DNA of 64,000 bases. Source: an uncultured Ruminococcus sp. Lineage in GTDB: Bacteria; Bacillota; Clostridia; Oscillospirales; Acutalibacteraceae. The position numbers and the translations under genes are program-made. Below, piece after piece: positions 1-10,466 of this stretch (position 1 is its first letter; each line of letters begins with the position of its first letter). Below the pieces are notes generated by a model, which saw nothing but the letters and a program-made list of their open reading frames with translations, did not search any database and had not been told where the DNA came from. The stretch lies in contig CAZHDW010000013.1 of NCBI GenBank assembly GCA_964531265.1, positions 1,060-65,059 on the forward strand, read 5' to 3'.

Positions 1-476
1 ACGCCGTCGGGAATAGTAATACTGGTTAAGCTTTCGCAGTTTTGAAATACCAAATTACTAATACTCGTCATACCATCGGGAATATTAATACTACTTAATC
101 CGCTACAGTAACCAAACGCACCTGCACCAATGCTTGTTACAGTATTCGGTATCGTGACACCCGTCAAGCTGCTACAGTTATCAAACGCAAAATCACCAAT
201 ACTGGTTACTCCATCCGGAATAACAACGCTGGTTAAGCTTCCACAGTCACTAAATGCCCGACTACCAATACCAACCACAGGCTTGCCGTTATAGGTGGAT
301 GGTATTGTCAAGTCGCCTGTTATGCTTGTATCGCAATCCGACACTATATAGCCGTCAGTGGTTTCCGTAAAAGTCAAGCCATCGCTTGTTTCTGCGAAAG
401 CATTACTGAACGGCAGGGCGGCGCAGACCAACAGCAGGGTCAGCACCATAATTGTTATTTTAGATATCCGCTTCAT
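1..476 (-). CDS. BspA-type leucine-rich repeat (LRR_5) surface protein, N-terminal part, runs off the window
   Basis: Manual translation from ATG at 476 (GAGGTG RBS): MKRISKITIMVLTLLLVCAALPFSNAFAETS..., signal peptide followed by repeats such as LTSVVIPDGVTSIGDFAFDNCSS. Not in the ORF track. Confidence 0.9.
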   Translation of the reverse strand, partial: MKRISKITIMVLTLLLVCAALPFSNAFAETSDGLTFTETTDGYIVSDCDTSITGDLTIPSTYNGKPVVGIGSRAFSDCGSLTSVVIPDGVTSIGDFAFDNCSSLTGVTIPNTVTSIGAGAFGYCSGLSSINIPDGMTSISNLVFQNCESLTSITIPDG

Positions 477-559
477 TATACCACCTCATATAATTACTTA
501 ATTTCATGATACTCCGATAAAATAACAATGTCAAGCGCACACATGATTTGACAATGACA

Positions 560-1489
560 TTATTCAAACATCGGCGTTGAGTAGTATCTGTCGCCGCTGT
601 CGGGGAGAAGCACAACTACGCTTTTACCGGCATACTCGGGGCGCTTCATGAGCTTAACCGCCGCCGCAAGCGCCGCACCCGAGGTTATGCCGCAGAGCAC
701 GCCCTCCGTCCTTGCAAGCAGCTTCGACGCACTATAGGCCTCCTCCTCGGTTATGGTGAGCACCTCATCGACCACGGATGCATCGTAATTCTTCGGCACG
801 AAATTTGCGCCTATACCTTGCAGCCCGTGAGCGCCGACTCTGCCCTCGGTTATGAGCGGCGAAGATGCCGGCTCCACGCCGACAACGGTTATCCCCTCGT
901 TTTTGCTCTTCAAGTATCTTGCCGTTCCGGTTATCGTACCACCCGTACCGATGCCCGCAACAAAGACGTCCACTTTCCCGTCGGTCTGCTCGAATATCTC
1001 AGGCCCGGTAGAAACCTCGTGTGAGCGCGGATTTGCGGGATTTTCAAACTGAGTCGGGATGAAGCTGTTCTCCATGGATGCAGCAAGCTCCTCCGCCTTC
1101 GCGATAGAACCGCTCATTCCCTCGGAGCCGGGCGTCAGGACGATCTCTGCGCCATACACGGCAAGTATCTTTCGGCGTTCAACACTCATGGTGTCGGGCA
1201 TTGTGAGTATCACCTTATAGCCCTTAGCCGCTGCCGCCGACGCCAGACCGATTCCGGTATTGCCGGAGGTTGGCTCAATAATGACCGCGCCGGGCTTAAG
1301 CCTGCCGCTTTTCTCGGCATCCTCTATCATACCAAGTGCGGCACGATCCTTAACGCTGCCCGTGGGATTCAAGTATTCAAGCTTAAGTAACGGTGCGGTA
1401 TCCAGTCCGCTCGCCGCCGCAAAGCGCGTAGCGCGCAGCATTGGGGTTCCGCCCACAAGCTCGGTTACAGCATTTACAATTTTATTCAT
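560..1489 (-). CDS. cysK: Cysteine synthase A
   Basis: NPTGSVKDR PLP-lysine motif, EPTSGNTGIG, GIGTGGT; 309 aa. Confidence 0.96.
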   Translation of the reverse strand: MNKIVNAVTELVGGTPMLRATRFAAASGLDTAPLLKLEYLNPTGSVKDRAALGMIEDAEKSGRLKPGAVIIEPTSGNTGIGLASAAAAKGYKVILTMPDTMSVERRKILAVYGAEIVLTPGSEGMSGSIAKAEELAASMENSFIPTQFENPANPRSHEVSTGPEIFEQTDGKVDVFVAGIGTGGTITGTARYLKSKNEGITVVGVEPASSPLITEGRVGAHGLQGIGANFVPKNYDASVVDEVLTITEEEAYSASKLLARTEGVLCGITSGAALAAAVKLMKRPEYAGKSVVVLLPDSGDRYYSTPMFE

Positions 1490-1596
1490 AAAACTGACCT
1501 CCCAAACAAACTATATAATCATTATTACGCGCAAAGAGAGTTTTGTCAATAAAGAAAACACGGTGCTGTCACTAAATACATACACCGTGTTTCGAT

Positions 1597-2007
1597 TTAC
1601 TTTGATTCTGCCGAAAAAAGAGCGTGCCACTCGGCATTATGACGCTGAAGTCGTATCGGCTTCAAATCCTCTGTTGTGAAGCAATGGCGCGATACGCCTG
1701 TGCAGCTTACAAGCCCTGTTTCCTTGCTATACCCCTTATACACCACCTCAAAGCGCGTACCGGTGTAGTTCTGTATCTCCAGCTCCAGGACTATGGTATC
1801 GCCAAAGCGTATCGGGTGCTTATACTCGCACGAAACTCCGAGCACGGGGATGAGTATTCCGGCCTTCTCAATTTTTACATACGGCAGGCCGAGCTTATCC
1901 ATCATATCAAGTCTCGCCTCTTCAAACCAACGAATATAGTTTGAATGATGCACTATCCCCATCTTGTCCGTCTCGTAGTAATTCGCCTTTCGTTCGAAAA
2001 CATACAT
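1597..2007 (-). CDS. Acyl-CoA thioesterase, YbgC/4HBT hot-dog family
   Basis: YYETDKMGIVHHSNYIRWFEEAR signature. Confidence 0.9.
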   Translation of the reverse strand: MYVFERKANYYETDKMGIVHHSNYIRWFEEARLDMMDKLGLPYVKIEKAGILIPVLGVSCEYKHPIRFGDTIVLELEIQNYTGTRFEVVYKGYSKETGLVSCTGVSRHCFTTEDLKPIRLQRHNAEWHALFSAESK

Positions 2008-2016
2008 CCTTCGACC

Positions 2017-2334
2017 TCACAGATGCATTTCGATAAGATTTGCGTAGAAATCCTTGGATCTTGCGCCTACCTCCATGCTTATCGGCTTTCCGTCCTTGAA
2101 CATGATAACCGTGGGGATGCTCTCAATGCCGTACTGAGCTGCAAGATCGGGCTCCTCATCGACATCGATTTTTGCCACGACCGCTCTGCCGTCATATTCG
2201 TCCGCCACCTGCTCGATGAACGGAGCGATCATGGAGCACGGCCCACACCACGTAGCGAAAAAGTCAACCAAAACAAGCTTGTTCTGCTCCAGCAATGTCC
2301 GGAGCTGTTCTGCTGTTGCATGCACTAATGCCAT
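2017..2334 (-). CDS. trxA: Thioredoxin
   Basis: FFATWCGPC active site, IESIPT; 105 aa. Confidence 0.93.
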   Translation of the reverse strand: MALVHATAEQLRTLLEQNKLVLVDFFATWCGPCSMIAPFIEQVADEYDGRAVVAKIDVDEEPDLAAQYGIESIPTVIMFKDGKPISMEVGARSKDFYANLIEMHL

Positions 2335-2357
2335 AATAAACCTCCTGAAATTAACAA

Positions 2358-3227
2358 TTATTCATACTGCACTATCTTGACGGAGTTTATAATAACATCC
2401 TCAACCGGCATATTGTTGTCATCCGTCTCGACCTGCATTATTGACTTAACTACGTCAAGTCCCTCGAAGACCTGACCGAAAACAGTGTGTCCTCTGCCTG
2501 TAACCGAATATGCACCGTCCAAATGGAAATTGCCGCCGTTTTCATTATAAAAGTCCTTGTACTCCTCAGTCACCTTATCAAAGTCAACGGTATCTCCATA
2601 CATGGAGGTGAAGTAGGTTCTCCCCTCATCGCCATAGGTATCCTCATACTGTGCAAGGTAGGTCTTATATTCCGCCGAATAGGATTCATAGCTGTCCCAA
2701 TCCGTTCCGCCGGCCTCTGTCAGATTGATAAAGAACTGGCTTCCGTTGGTGTTCGGGCCCGAGTTTGCACAGGAGAGCGTACCCGTTATATTGACGAGAT
2801 TTGTATGAAACTCGTCCTCAAAGGCTTCGCCCCAGATACTCTCTCCACCGGAGCCGTTTCCATTCGGGTCGCCGCCCTGTATCATAAACTCATCTATTAC
2901 ACGATGGAAGGTAAGGCCGTCGTAATAGCCGTTGAGTGCATGGGATTTAAAGCTGTATACGGCCTTCGGAGCAGCCTCCGGAAAAAGTCTTATCTTGATA
3001 TCGCCCATATCAGTGGAAATGACGCATATCTCCTCTCCCTTTTCGGGCATTTCAAGCTGGTAGCCGAGCTTTTCCTTATCCGACTGTGCGCTTGCGGTAA
3101 GCTCTGCCGCATCAACTACCTTATCCGTTGTTCCAATAACCTTTGCCGCCGCATTCCCGCTCTGCGATGAACAGCCACCGAGTACGAGCAATACACATAC
3201 CATAAGCAATGCTGCTGTTTTCTTCAT
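2358..3227 (-). CDS. Cyclophilin-type peptidyl-prolyl isomerase, lipoprotein
   Basis: Lipobox LVLGGC; FHRVIDEFMIQGGDP, NGSQFFI, HTVFGQV. Confidence 0.93.
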   Translation of the reverse strand: MKKTAALLMVCVLLVLGGCSSQSGNAAAKVIGTTDKVVDAAELTASAQSDKEKLGYQLEMPEKGEEICVISTDMGDIKIRLFPEAAPKAVYSFKSHALNGYYDGLTFHRVIDEFMIQGGDPNGNGSGGESIWGEAFEDEFHTNLVNITGTLSCANSGPNTNGSQFFINLTEAGGTDWDSYESYSAEYKTYLAQYEDTYGDEGRTYFTSMYGDTVDFDKVTEEYKDFYNENGGNFHLDGAYSVTGRGHTVFGQVFEGLDVVKSIMQVETDDNNMPVEDVIINSVKIVQYE

Positions 3228-3424
3228 TTTGTTTTTCCTTTCACAGGCTCATGCTTGAGCCGATTCTAATAATTTATAATATTGTACAACATAGCAGATT
3301 GAGAATCAAGTGCTTTAAAAAAAGTTAAAAATTGCATTTTTATCCCTGCCCCGGCATAACATTTTATGAACTCAAAAGCACCACCTGAGCATTTAGCTTT
3401 CACAGAAAGGAAAACGATGAAAAT

Positions 3425-4345
3425 ATGAAATTCTACCCGGAAGGACATCTTATTGACAAAGCAGAAAACCGTGCCGCCATGCAAAATGCAGCCGCCCTAT
3501 CCGATGCGATGCGTGACGGAAGAATACTCGAGGCACGCAGTATTGTCTGCGATAATGAGCACAACCTTATAGTTGACCTGAAATGTATGCACGGAATCAT
3601 TCCGCGCGAAGAGTGCGCTCTCGGCATACGCGAGGGAACTGTCCGTGACATAGCCATAATCTCAAGAGTTAACAAGCCTGTGTGCTTTGTTATCAACGAT
3701 TTTATACGCGATAATGACGGAAGAATAACCGCCCTGCTGTCGCGCAGGCAGGCACAGGAGCGTTGTCTTGCCCAATACATATCAAACCTTAAAGCCGGAG
3801 ATGTCATACCTGTCAGAATAACACATCTCGAAGCATTCGGTGCATTTGCGGATATAGGCTGCGGAGTTGTGGCACTGCTGCCTATAGACTCCATATCAGT
3901 CTCCAGAATAGAGCACCCACGCGAGAGGTTTTCGGTCGGCATGGACATACGCGCCGTAATAAGATCAAAGGAAAACGGCCGTATCACCCTGAGCCACAAG
4001 GAGCTGCTCGGCACGTGGATGGAGAACGCCGGAAGATACCGGGTCGGCGAAACCGTGGCCGGCATTGTACGTAGTGTTGAGCCCTACGGCGTTTTCATTG
4101 AGCTCGCACCGAATCTTGCCGGACTTGCCGAGCTAAAGGAAAACGTGCGTCCCGGTCAGCAGGCAAGTGTTTTCATAAAGAACATACTGCCAAATCGAAT
4201 GAAAATAAAGCTCGTTATAGTGGAGTGCTTTGATTACTGCTATGCACCAGAGCCACCGAAATACTTCTTCGAGGGAGATCACATGGACTCATTTACATAT
4301 TCTCCCGAGGAAAGCGAAAAGCAGATACATACCGACTTTATATAG
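3425..4345 (+). CDS. S1 RNA-binding domain protein (multiple S1 repeats)
   Basis: S1-like segments (V..LEAFGAFADIG; GIVRSVEPYGVFIELAPNLAGL); AAAGGA RBS. Confidence 0.8.
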   Translation: MKFYPEGHLIDKAENRAAMQNAAALSDAMRDGRILEARSIVCDNEHNLIVDLKCMHGIIPREECALGIREGTVRDIAIISRVNKPVCFVINDFIRDNDGRITALLSRRQAQERCLAQYISNLKAGDVIPVRITHLEAFGAFADIGCGVVALLPIDSISVSRIEHPRERFSVGMDIRAVIRSKENGRITLSHKELLGTWMENAGRYRVGETVAGIVRSVEPYGVFIELAPNLAGLAELKENVRPGQQASVFIKNILPNRMKIKLVIVECFDYCYAPEPPKYFFEGDHMDSFTYSPEESEKQIHTDFI

Positions 4346-4406
4346 AAAGCATTATATATAGAAAGTGCCGGGTACACTGCAAATGCAGCGATACCCGGCA
4401 TTTTGC

Positions 4407-6878
4407 TTATTGCTTATCCTCTATCAGATATTTGCCGTCCTTAAATCCGCACACATAGCTGCCGCCGGCCTTCATTCTTCCTTCAAGCATTGCTTCCGAA
4501 ATCGGATCCTCGAGCTTGCTGCGAATAGCTCTTCTCAGCGGCCTTGCACCGTAAACCGGGTCAAAGCCGGCATTCGCCACGGCATCCACCGCCTCGTCGG
4601 AGAATTCAACGGTGATATCCATGTCTTCCAGCTGTGCCTTAAGGCCCTCAAGCATCTTGCCCGCTATTTTTCTGATATCCTCATGCAGCAGCTTTTTGAA
4701 TACGATTATATCATCAACGCGGTTGATGAACTCCGGTCTGAAAACCTTTTTAAGCTCGCCCATAACGAGATCCTTGGTTCTCTCGAAATCCGCTGCGGCG
4801 TCAACCTCCGGCTTACTTGCAGCAGCAAAACCAAGGCGCTCCTGCTGCTTCTCCGTAATGAGCCTTGCGCCGATATTCGATGTCATTATGATGACCGTGT
4901 TCTTGAAGCTGACTACCTTGCCCTGTGCGTCCGTCAATCTGCCGTCATCGAGTATCTGAAGCAGCATGTTGAAAACATCCGGGTGTGCCTTTTCGATCTC
5001 ATCGAACAGGACGACCGAGTACGGCTTACGGCGCACGGCCTCTGTAAGCTGACCGCCCTCATCATAGCCAACGTATCCCGGAGGTGAACCAACCAGTCTG
5101 GACACCGTATGCTTTTCCATATATTCGGACATATCGAGACGTATCATAGCCTTTTCATCGCCGAACATTGCTTCTGCGAGGGTTTTGCAAAGCTCTGTTT
5201 TACCAACGCCGGTCGGGCCGAGGAAAATGAACGAGCCTATCGGGCGATTCTTATCCTTAAGTCCTACTCTGCCGCGGCGAATTGCCTTTGCCACCGCGGT
5301 CACGGCCTCGTCCTGACCAATCACTCTCTTGTGCATGGTATCTTCGAGCTTCAAGAGACGTTCGCTTTCCTCCTGTGTGAGCTGAACCACCGGAATACCC
5401 GTCCACATAGCAACTATTTCGGCGATATCCTCCGCCTTTACCACGCTGTTGCTGCGCTCATTCTTAGCAGCCCACTCGTTTTTCTTTTCCTCAAGTTCTG
5501 CCTGCAGTTCTTTCTGCTTATCTCTGAGCTGAGCCGCCCTCTCGAAATCCTGCTCATCAACGGCAGCGGTCTTGTCAAGCTCAACATCCTTGATCTGCTT
5601 TTCGATCTCCTGCAAATCCTCCGGTGCCGTAAATGTGCGCAGACGAACCCTTGATGCCGCTTCATCGACAAGGTCAATAGCCTTATCCGGCAGGAATCTA
5701 TCCGCAATATATCTTGAAGACAGTCTAACCGCGCTCTCGATTGCATCATCTGTTATCTGCACCTTATGATGTGCCTCATACCTATCCTTAAGTCCGTGCA
5801 ATATCTGTATTGCCTCCTCCTCAGTCGGCTCTCCGACCTGAACGGGCTGGAAACGACGCTCAAGCGCTGCATCCTTTTCAATATGCTTTCTGTACTCATC
5901 AACAGTTGTGGCACCTATGACCTGGAAATCTCCTCTCGCCAGAGCCGGTTTCAAAATATTTGCTGCATCCGCCGAGCCCTCGGCTGCGCCTGCACCTATT
6001 ATCGTATGAAGCTCATCTATAAATAGGATCACGCTTCCGTCGTTCTTGACCTCATCTATTGCGGACTTTATTCTCTCTTCAAAATCTCCGCGGTACTTTG
6101 AGCCTGCAACCATGCCTGTAAGGTCAAGCGATACTATTCTCTTTCCCTTTAGCAGTTCCGGAACCTCACCCTCATATATTTTGAGTGCCAGTCCCTCGGC
6201 AACAGCCGTCTTGCCGACACCCGGCTCGCCTATCAATACCGGGTTATTCTTCGTTCTTCTGGAAAGGATCTGGATAACACGCTCTATCTCATTGTGACGA
6301 CCGATGACCGGGTCTATCTTGCCCTCAGCCGCCATTTTTGTCAGGTCTCGGCCGTATTTTTCAAGCGCACTGCCGGATTCCTTTTCGCCGTACTCCTCAT
6401 TATGGAAGCCTGCGCCGGCCTGCTTCTCAACTGCTCTACCCTCGGCAAGCACATTTGAAAGCTCCTGTGCAACTCTCTGAGGATCAGTTCCGAGCATTTG
6501 CATGAAGCGCACGGCAAAGCTTTCGCCGTCCTCCAAAATAGCTATCAGCAAATGCTCTGTGCCGACATATTTGCTGCCGAGCTTAGAAGCCGCAAGACGT
6601 GCCATCTGCAATATTCTCTTTGTTCGCGGTGTAAAGGCTGACGGCGAAAGCACCGTCTCACTCGCCGTGCCTATTTTCTCTCTCAGGAGCTTCTCGTACG
6701 CGTCCGCCTTAACGCCGAGCTTGTCGAGCACCTGAAATGCAACGCCGCTGCCCTCTGCCGCAAGACCGTACAGCACATGCTCACTGCCGATGTAGTTGTG
6801 GCCGAGCTCCTGCGCCTTATTGATGGCAATATTCATCGCATTGTTTGATTTTTCCGTAAATCCGTTGAACCTGAACAT
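4407..6878 (-). CDS. clpC: ATP-dependent Clp protease ATP-binding subunit ClpC
   Basis: Clp_N repeats, two Walker A motifs ([16 protein letters not shown]), UVR coiled coil; last gene of the ctsR operon. Confidence 0.97.
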   Translation of the reverse strand: MFRFNGFTEKSNNAMNIAINKAQELGHNYIGSEHVLYGLAAEGSGVAFQVLDKLGVKADAYEKLLREKIGTASETVLSPSAFTPRTKRILQMARLAASKLGSKYVGTEHLLIAILEDGESFAVRFMQMLGTDPQRVAQELSNVLAEGRAVEKQAGAGFHNEEYGEKESGSALEKYGRDLTKMAAEGKIDPVIGRHNEIERVIQILSRRTKNNPVLIGEPGVGKTAVAEGLALKIYEGEVPELLKGKRIVSLDLTGMVAGSKYRGDFEERIKSAIDEVKNDGSVILFIDELHTIIGAGAAEGSADAANILKPALARGDFQVIGATTVDEYRKHIEKDAALERRFQPVQVGEPTEEEAIQILHGLKDRYEAHHKVQITDDAIESAVRLSSRYIADRFLPDKAIDLVDEAASRVRLRTFTAPEDLQEIEKQIKDVELDKTAAVDEQDFERAAQLRDKQKELQAELEEKKNEWAAKNERSNSVVKAEDIAEIVAMWTGIPVVQLTQEESERLLKLEDTMHKRVIGQDEAVTAVAKAIRRGRVGLKDKNRPIGSFIFLGPTGVGKTELCKTLAEAMFGDEKAMIRLDMSEYMEKHTVSRLVGSPPGYVGYDEGGQLTEAVRRKPYSVVLFDEIEKAHPDVFNMLLQILDDGRLTDAQGKVVSFKNTVIIMTSNIGARLITEKQQERLGFAAASKPEVDAAADFERTKDLVMGELKKVFRPEFINRVDDIIVFKKLLHEDIRKIAGKMLEGLKAQLEDMDITVEFSDEAVDAVANAGFDPVYGARPLRRAIRSKLEDPISEAMLEGRMKAGGSYVCGFKDGKYLIEDKQ

Positions 6879-6936
6879 AAAATCACCCTTTCATCTCGTA
6901 TCGTACCCAAATTTATTCGCCAAAACCTACTATCTC

Positions 6937-7977
6937 TCATTGCAGTGCGGAAAGAGCCTCGCGGACCTTTGTCGCACGAAGTATATCCCTCTGGGTCGGC
7001 TGCAAATTGCCGCCGTTTTCCGCCTGTAGGGTTGCCGGCTGAACCGCCGCCGTAAGAGTATTGATCTCCTCTATGGTAACTCCGCTGAGCACACCCTCCG
7101 ACAGACCGAGTCTTACATTTGATATCATGGACATATATTCATCGCAGGAGAGCACCTTTGCGCCGCGAATGATTCCGGCGGAGCGGCCTATCTTATCCTG
7201 CACGGTTATGTTGTTCACCATGGTCTTTCTGGCCTTTCGCTCCTCCTGCATGAGCTGGCGGGCAATATTCTGGAGGTTCTGAACCGCTTCCTTCTCACTG
7301 AGGCCGAGTGTTATCTGATTTGAAAGCTGGTACATGGCACCGACAACCTTGCTACCCTCACCGTAAGTACCTCTTATAACAAGGCCGAGCTTCGAGAGGT
7401 TATTGGCGATTCTTCCCATTGCGCCGCTCTCGGCAAGCGCCGGAAGATGCATCATGACCGACGCCCTCATGCCCGTTCCGAGATTTGTCGGGCACTGTGT
7501 AAGAAAGCCAAGCTCCGGGTCAAACGCAAAATGAAGTGTCTCATTCAGCAGTGTATCAACTCTGTCCGCAAGCTCTGCCGCCTCTTCAAGGGCAAGACCC
7601 TCGTGCAGTATCTGCAAACGCACATGATCCTCCTCGTTAAGCATTATTGAGATGCTCTCATCCTTTGATATCAGCACTCCGCGTCCCTTTGAATTTGCAA
7701 TGAACTCCGGGCTGACGATATGGCGCTCAACCAGCGACACAGCCTGCTCCCTGCTCATTTCATCCATCGGCATGAAACCGAATGCGGAGGCTATCGCGCT
7801 GTTGCTGTTGAGGATCGCATCGCAAACCTTTTTCTCAACCTCGGCCTTCTGCTCGGCTGTCATACGATTCGGAAACGGATAATCCGCAAGATTTCTTGCA
7901 AGTCTTACGCGTGTGCTTATAACCACATCACTGTCCGTACCGGCCTTTTCATACCATCTTTTTTGTTCGTTAAGCAT
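6937..7977 (-). CDS. mcsB: Protein arginine kinase McsB
   Basis: STRVRLARN, NEEDHVR, LTQCPTNLGTGMRASVMMHLPAL; operon position. Confidence 0.95.
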   Translation of the reverse strand: MLNEQKRWYEKAGTDSDVVISTRVRLARNLADYPFPNRMTAEQKAEVEKKVCDAILNSNSAIASAFGFMPMDEMSREQAVSLVERHIVSPEFIANSKGRGVLISKDESISIMLNEEDHVRLQILHEGLALEEAAELADRVDTLLNETLHFAFDPELGFLTQCPTNLGTGMRASVMMHLPALAESGAMGRIANNLSKLGLVIRGTYGEGSKVVGAMYQLSNQITLGLSEKEAVQNLQNIARQLMQEERKARKTMVNNITVQDKIGRSAGIIRGAKVLSCDEYMSMISNVRLGLSEGVLSGVTIEEINTLTAAVQPATLQAENGGNLQPTQRDILRATKVREALSALQ

Positions 7978-8494
7978 GATCCTCTCCTCCTTTTTCCATT
8001 TCCTTTATCTCATCGCGAAGCTCTGCGGCATGCTCGAAGTTCTGCTCCTCGATAGCCTTTCTGAGTTCGGCACGCTTCAGCTCTATCGGCGGCTGCGGCA
8101 CTGCCATTTTTCCGGCAGGCTCAACGATTCTCAGTGCCGCGGTTCCGGGAATCTTTCCCTTATGCTTCGCCGTACCGTGAATACGGCTGACCGTCGGCAT
8201 CAGCCTGTCTCTGAACACCTTATAGCACTCGGCACAGCCTATCTTGCCACTTTCTGATATTTCAGCAAAGGACGCGCCGCATTTCGGGCATCTCTTCGTG
8301 TTGCTTCTTCCCTGCGGCGTACCGATGAAGCCGCCCATCAGATTACCGAAATCAAACGGCATATCCTTAAAGAAATTCGCATAGCCCTTTTCCTTTGCAC
8401 ACTCAGTGCAGAGATCATACTCTGTAAGTGTACCGTTTACAATTGTCTTAATATGTGTAGTAGCCGGATTCTTTCCGCAATTTTGACACATCAT
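7970..8494 (-). CDS. mcsA: McsA, activator of McsB
   Basis: CxxC pairs (CQNC, CTEC, CPKC, CAEC) and C-terminal UVR motif AIEEQNFEHAAELRDEI. Confidence 0.95.
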   Translation of the reverse strand: MMCQNCGKNPATTHIKTIVNGTLTEYDLCTECAKEKGYANFFKDMPFDFGNLMGGFIGTPQGRSNTKRCPKCGASFAEISESGKIGCAECYKVFRDRLMPTVSRIHGTAKHKGKIPGTAALRIVEPAGKMAVPQPPIELKRAELRKAIEEQNFEHAAELRDEIKEMEKGGEDHA

Positions 8495-8518
8495 ACTGAT
8501 TACCTGCCTTTCCTGATA

Positions 8519-8986
8519 TCAAGTGTTTAGTACAAGCAGCATGTTTTTGAACAACGCCGCTCTCAACTCATCCCTTGTCTCCTTGGGTGCCGGTGCAAGG
8601 GTCTTATCGGACATTGCCGCTGCCATAAGCGATGCATCCGACTGGGACGCAACACCCGTCTCAACGAGGTTTCTCAACATCGCTCTCGCCGAGGCTGCAT
8701 CGAGGCTCTGACCGATAGAATTCACAAGGTGCATTACCATGTCACTCTTTGTCATCTGTCGGCGGATTATCCTGATATATCCGCCGCCGCCCCTCCGACT
8801 TTCAACGATGTAGCCCTGCTCCGGTGTGAAGCGCGAGGTTATAACGTAATTTATCTGGCTCGGGACACACCCGAGAAGCCCTGCAAGCTCGTTTCTCTGT
8901 ATCTCCGCAATGCCATCCGCCTCGTTCAGCATTTGCATAATATAATTTGCCACACTGTCACTGATACGCATTTTTTCATCTCCCAC
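8519..8986 (-). CDS. ctsR: Class III heat-shock repressor CtsR
   Basis: IQRNELA...CVPSQINYVITSRFT..GYIVESRRGGGGYIRI. Confidence 0.96.
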   Translation of the reverse strand: MGDEKMRISDSVANYIMQMLNEADGIAEIQRNELAGLLGCVPSQINYVITSRFTPEQGYIVESRRGGGGYIRIIRRQMTKSDMVMHLVNSIGQSLDAASARAMLRNLVETGVASQSDASLMAAAMSDKTLAPAPKETRDELRAALFKNMLLVLNT

Positions 8987-9004
8987 GCCAAAGTAAATCT
9001 TGTC

Positions 9005-9021
9005 TTTGACTTTCTTTGACT
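9005..9021 (-). promoter_or_regulatory. CtsR operator (heptad direct repeat)
   Basis: Minus strand AGTCAAA-GAA-AGTCAAA matches the RGTCAAA-NAN-RGTCAAA consensus, directly upstream of ctsR. Confidence 0.92.
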
Positions 9022-9133
9022 TTCATTTGTCTTTATTATACCCCAATAGATTCAATTGTCAACCCCTGTTTTTTAAGAGTTTGTGAACTTTTTGTATTGA
9101 TATTATGTTGTGATAAAATGCAGTTTTTGCCGC

Positions 9134-9159
9134 ACACATTTCGCGCTGTTACATAAGAT
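9134..9159 (+). promoter_or_regulatory. Candidate sigmaK-type promoter for the 9191 peptide
   Basis: AC-N16-CATAAGAT fits the AC-N16-CATANNNT consensus. Confidence 0.5.
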
Positions 9160-9190
9160 GTACTGTAAACGAAAGGAGGCGTGACAAACG

Positions 9191-9316
9191 ATGTGTAACG
9201 GTTTTGGCGGATGCTCCTGGATCATCATTATCATATTGATCCTCCTGTGCTGCAACAACGGCTTCGGCGGCAATAACAACGATTGCGGCTGTGGCTGCAA
9301 CAACTGCGGCTGCTAA
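9191..9316 (+). CDS. 41-aa Cys/Gly/Asn-rich peptide with hydrophobic core, YjcZ/SscA-like sporulation peptide
   Basis: AAAGGAGG RBS; MCNGFGGCSWIIIIILILLCCNNGFGGNNNDCGCGCNNCGC*; own terminator; below the ORF-track cutoff. Confidence 0.8.
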   Translation: MCNGFGGCSWIIIIILILLCCNNGFGGNNNDCGCGCNNCGC

Positions 9317-9328
9317 AAAGCATAAAAA

Positions 9329-9355
9329 GGGCGGGCAGCTTTAAGCTGTCCGCCC
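9329..9355. terminator. Intrinsic terminator between convergent genes
   Basis: GGGCGGGCAGC-TTTAA-GCTGTCCGCCC stem with A-run before and short T-run after. Confidence 0.8.
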
Positions 9356-9367
9356 GATTTGCAGTTA

Positions 9368-9619
9368 TTACTTATTTTCGATAGCCTCTTCCAGAGCCTT
9401 TGCAAGCTGTGCCGGGCATGAGGTGTTCTTAAAGCCACACTTGATATCCTTACAGCGCTTGATGTACTCATGCACATCCATTCCCTGTGCCAGAGCAGCA
9501 ACGCCCTGTGTATTACCGCTGCAACCGCCGATAAACTTAACAGACTTTATAATGTCTCCGTCAAGCTCAAACTGAATACCTCTCGCACAAACTCCGGAGG
9601 GTGTAAATTCATAAGTCAT
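9368..9619 (-). CDS. TSCPD domain protein (TIGR03905-like)
   Basis: GVCARGIQFE...FIGGCSGNTQG...CGFKNTSCPAQLA; start set at MTYEF. Confidence 0.85.
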   Translation of the reverse strand: MTYEFTPSGVCARGIQFELDGDIIKSVKFIGGCSGNTQGVAALAQGMDVHEYIKRCKDIKCGFKNTSCPAQLAKALEEAIENK

Positions 9620-10466
9620 AATTAATACTTCCTTTCCTTTTGAATAATTTATCAAACTCGGCTTCGGCCGTGGTATAAGCCCCCACCGGATTCTTCTTTG
9701 TAGTGTACCACCCGTGAAAATCGGTTCCGCCCGTCACCGCAAGGTCATATTTCCTTGCAAGCTCGTGCATAACCCTTTTATCCTCTTCCCTGTTTCGCGG
9801 ATGATTTATCTCTATTCCGTCCAGCATTCCCATTGAGCACAGCTCTTTGAGAAGCTCCATACTGTCGTACTCACTCGGATGAGCCATTACCACTGCTCCC
9901 CCGGCAGCTATTGCCGTTTTCAGTGCCTCATAGACATCCGGATATTCCACACGCCTGAACGCAATGCCGTCCCTGGAGCTGAACAGCTTCTTGAACAACT
10001 CTCCGAATATTTCATCGGCAAAGCCGGCTTCCATCAGAGTCTGCATCACATGCTGCTTATAAATGCAGGTGGAGTTCTCTGCGTGGCGCAGCATCATTTT
10101 GGATGATATGGGATACATCTGTTCAACTATTTCTATGGATTCGCGCATGGCTCTGTTTCTGTTTTCAAGAGAAGCGTCAAGCATCGGCTTTAATAACTCC
10201 GGCCTTTCCGGAGCATAGCAGAGTATATGCACCTTTCTTCCGCTGGACGGATCAACTGAGGATATCTCCACCCCGGGTATTACTCTGATTCCCAGCTTCT
10301 CTCCAATCGCCCTCGCTTCCGCGCACCCTGCCATGGTATCATGGTCGGTTATCGCAAGCGTATTCAGTCCGCTTTTTGCCGCAAGCTCAACAACATCACG
10401 AACCGATGTGGAGCCATCGGAAAGCTCTGTGTGACAATGAAGATCGGCAAATCTATCCACAGACAT
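9609..10466 (-). CDS. PHP domain phosphoesterase
   Basis: DLHCHTELSDG, AITDHD, HILCY, AHP, GGTDFHG. Confidence 0.92.
   Translation of the reverse strand: MSVDRFADLHCHTELSDGSTSVRDVVELAAKSGLNTLAITDHDTMAGCAEARAIGEKLGIRVIPGVEISSVDPSSGRKVHILCYAPERPELLKPMLDASLENRNRAMRESIEIVEQMYPISSKMMLRHAENSTCIYKQHVMQTLMEAGFADEIFGELFKKLFSSRDGIAFRRVEYPDVYEALKTAIAAGGAVVMAHPSEYDSMELLKELCSMGMLDGIEINHPRNREEDKRVMHELARKYDLAVTGGTDFHGWYTTKKNPVGAYTTAEAEFDKLFKRKGSINYDL

Noticed and set aside
1-300. Roughly 69-nt periodicity at the window start
   Set aside because: Explained by the 23-aa BspA leucine-rich repeats.
1490-1596. Riboswitch or T-box upstream of cysK
   Set aside because: The gap is only about 100 nt and is taken up by a promoter and the upstream gene's terminator hairpin; no SAM or T-box motifs were seen.
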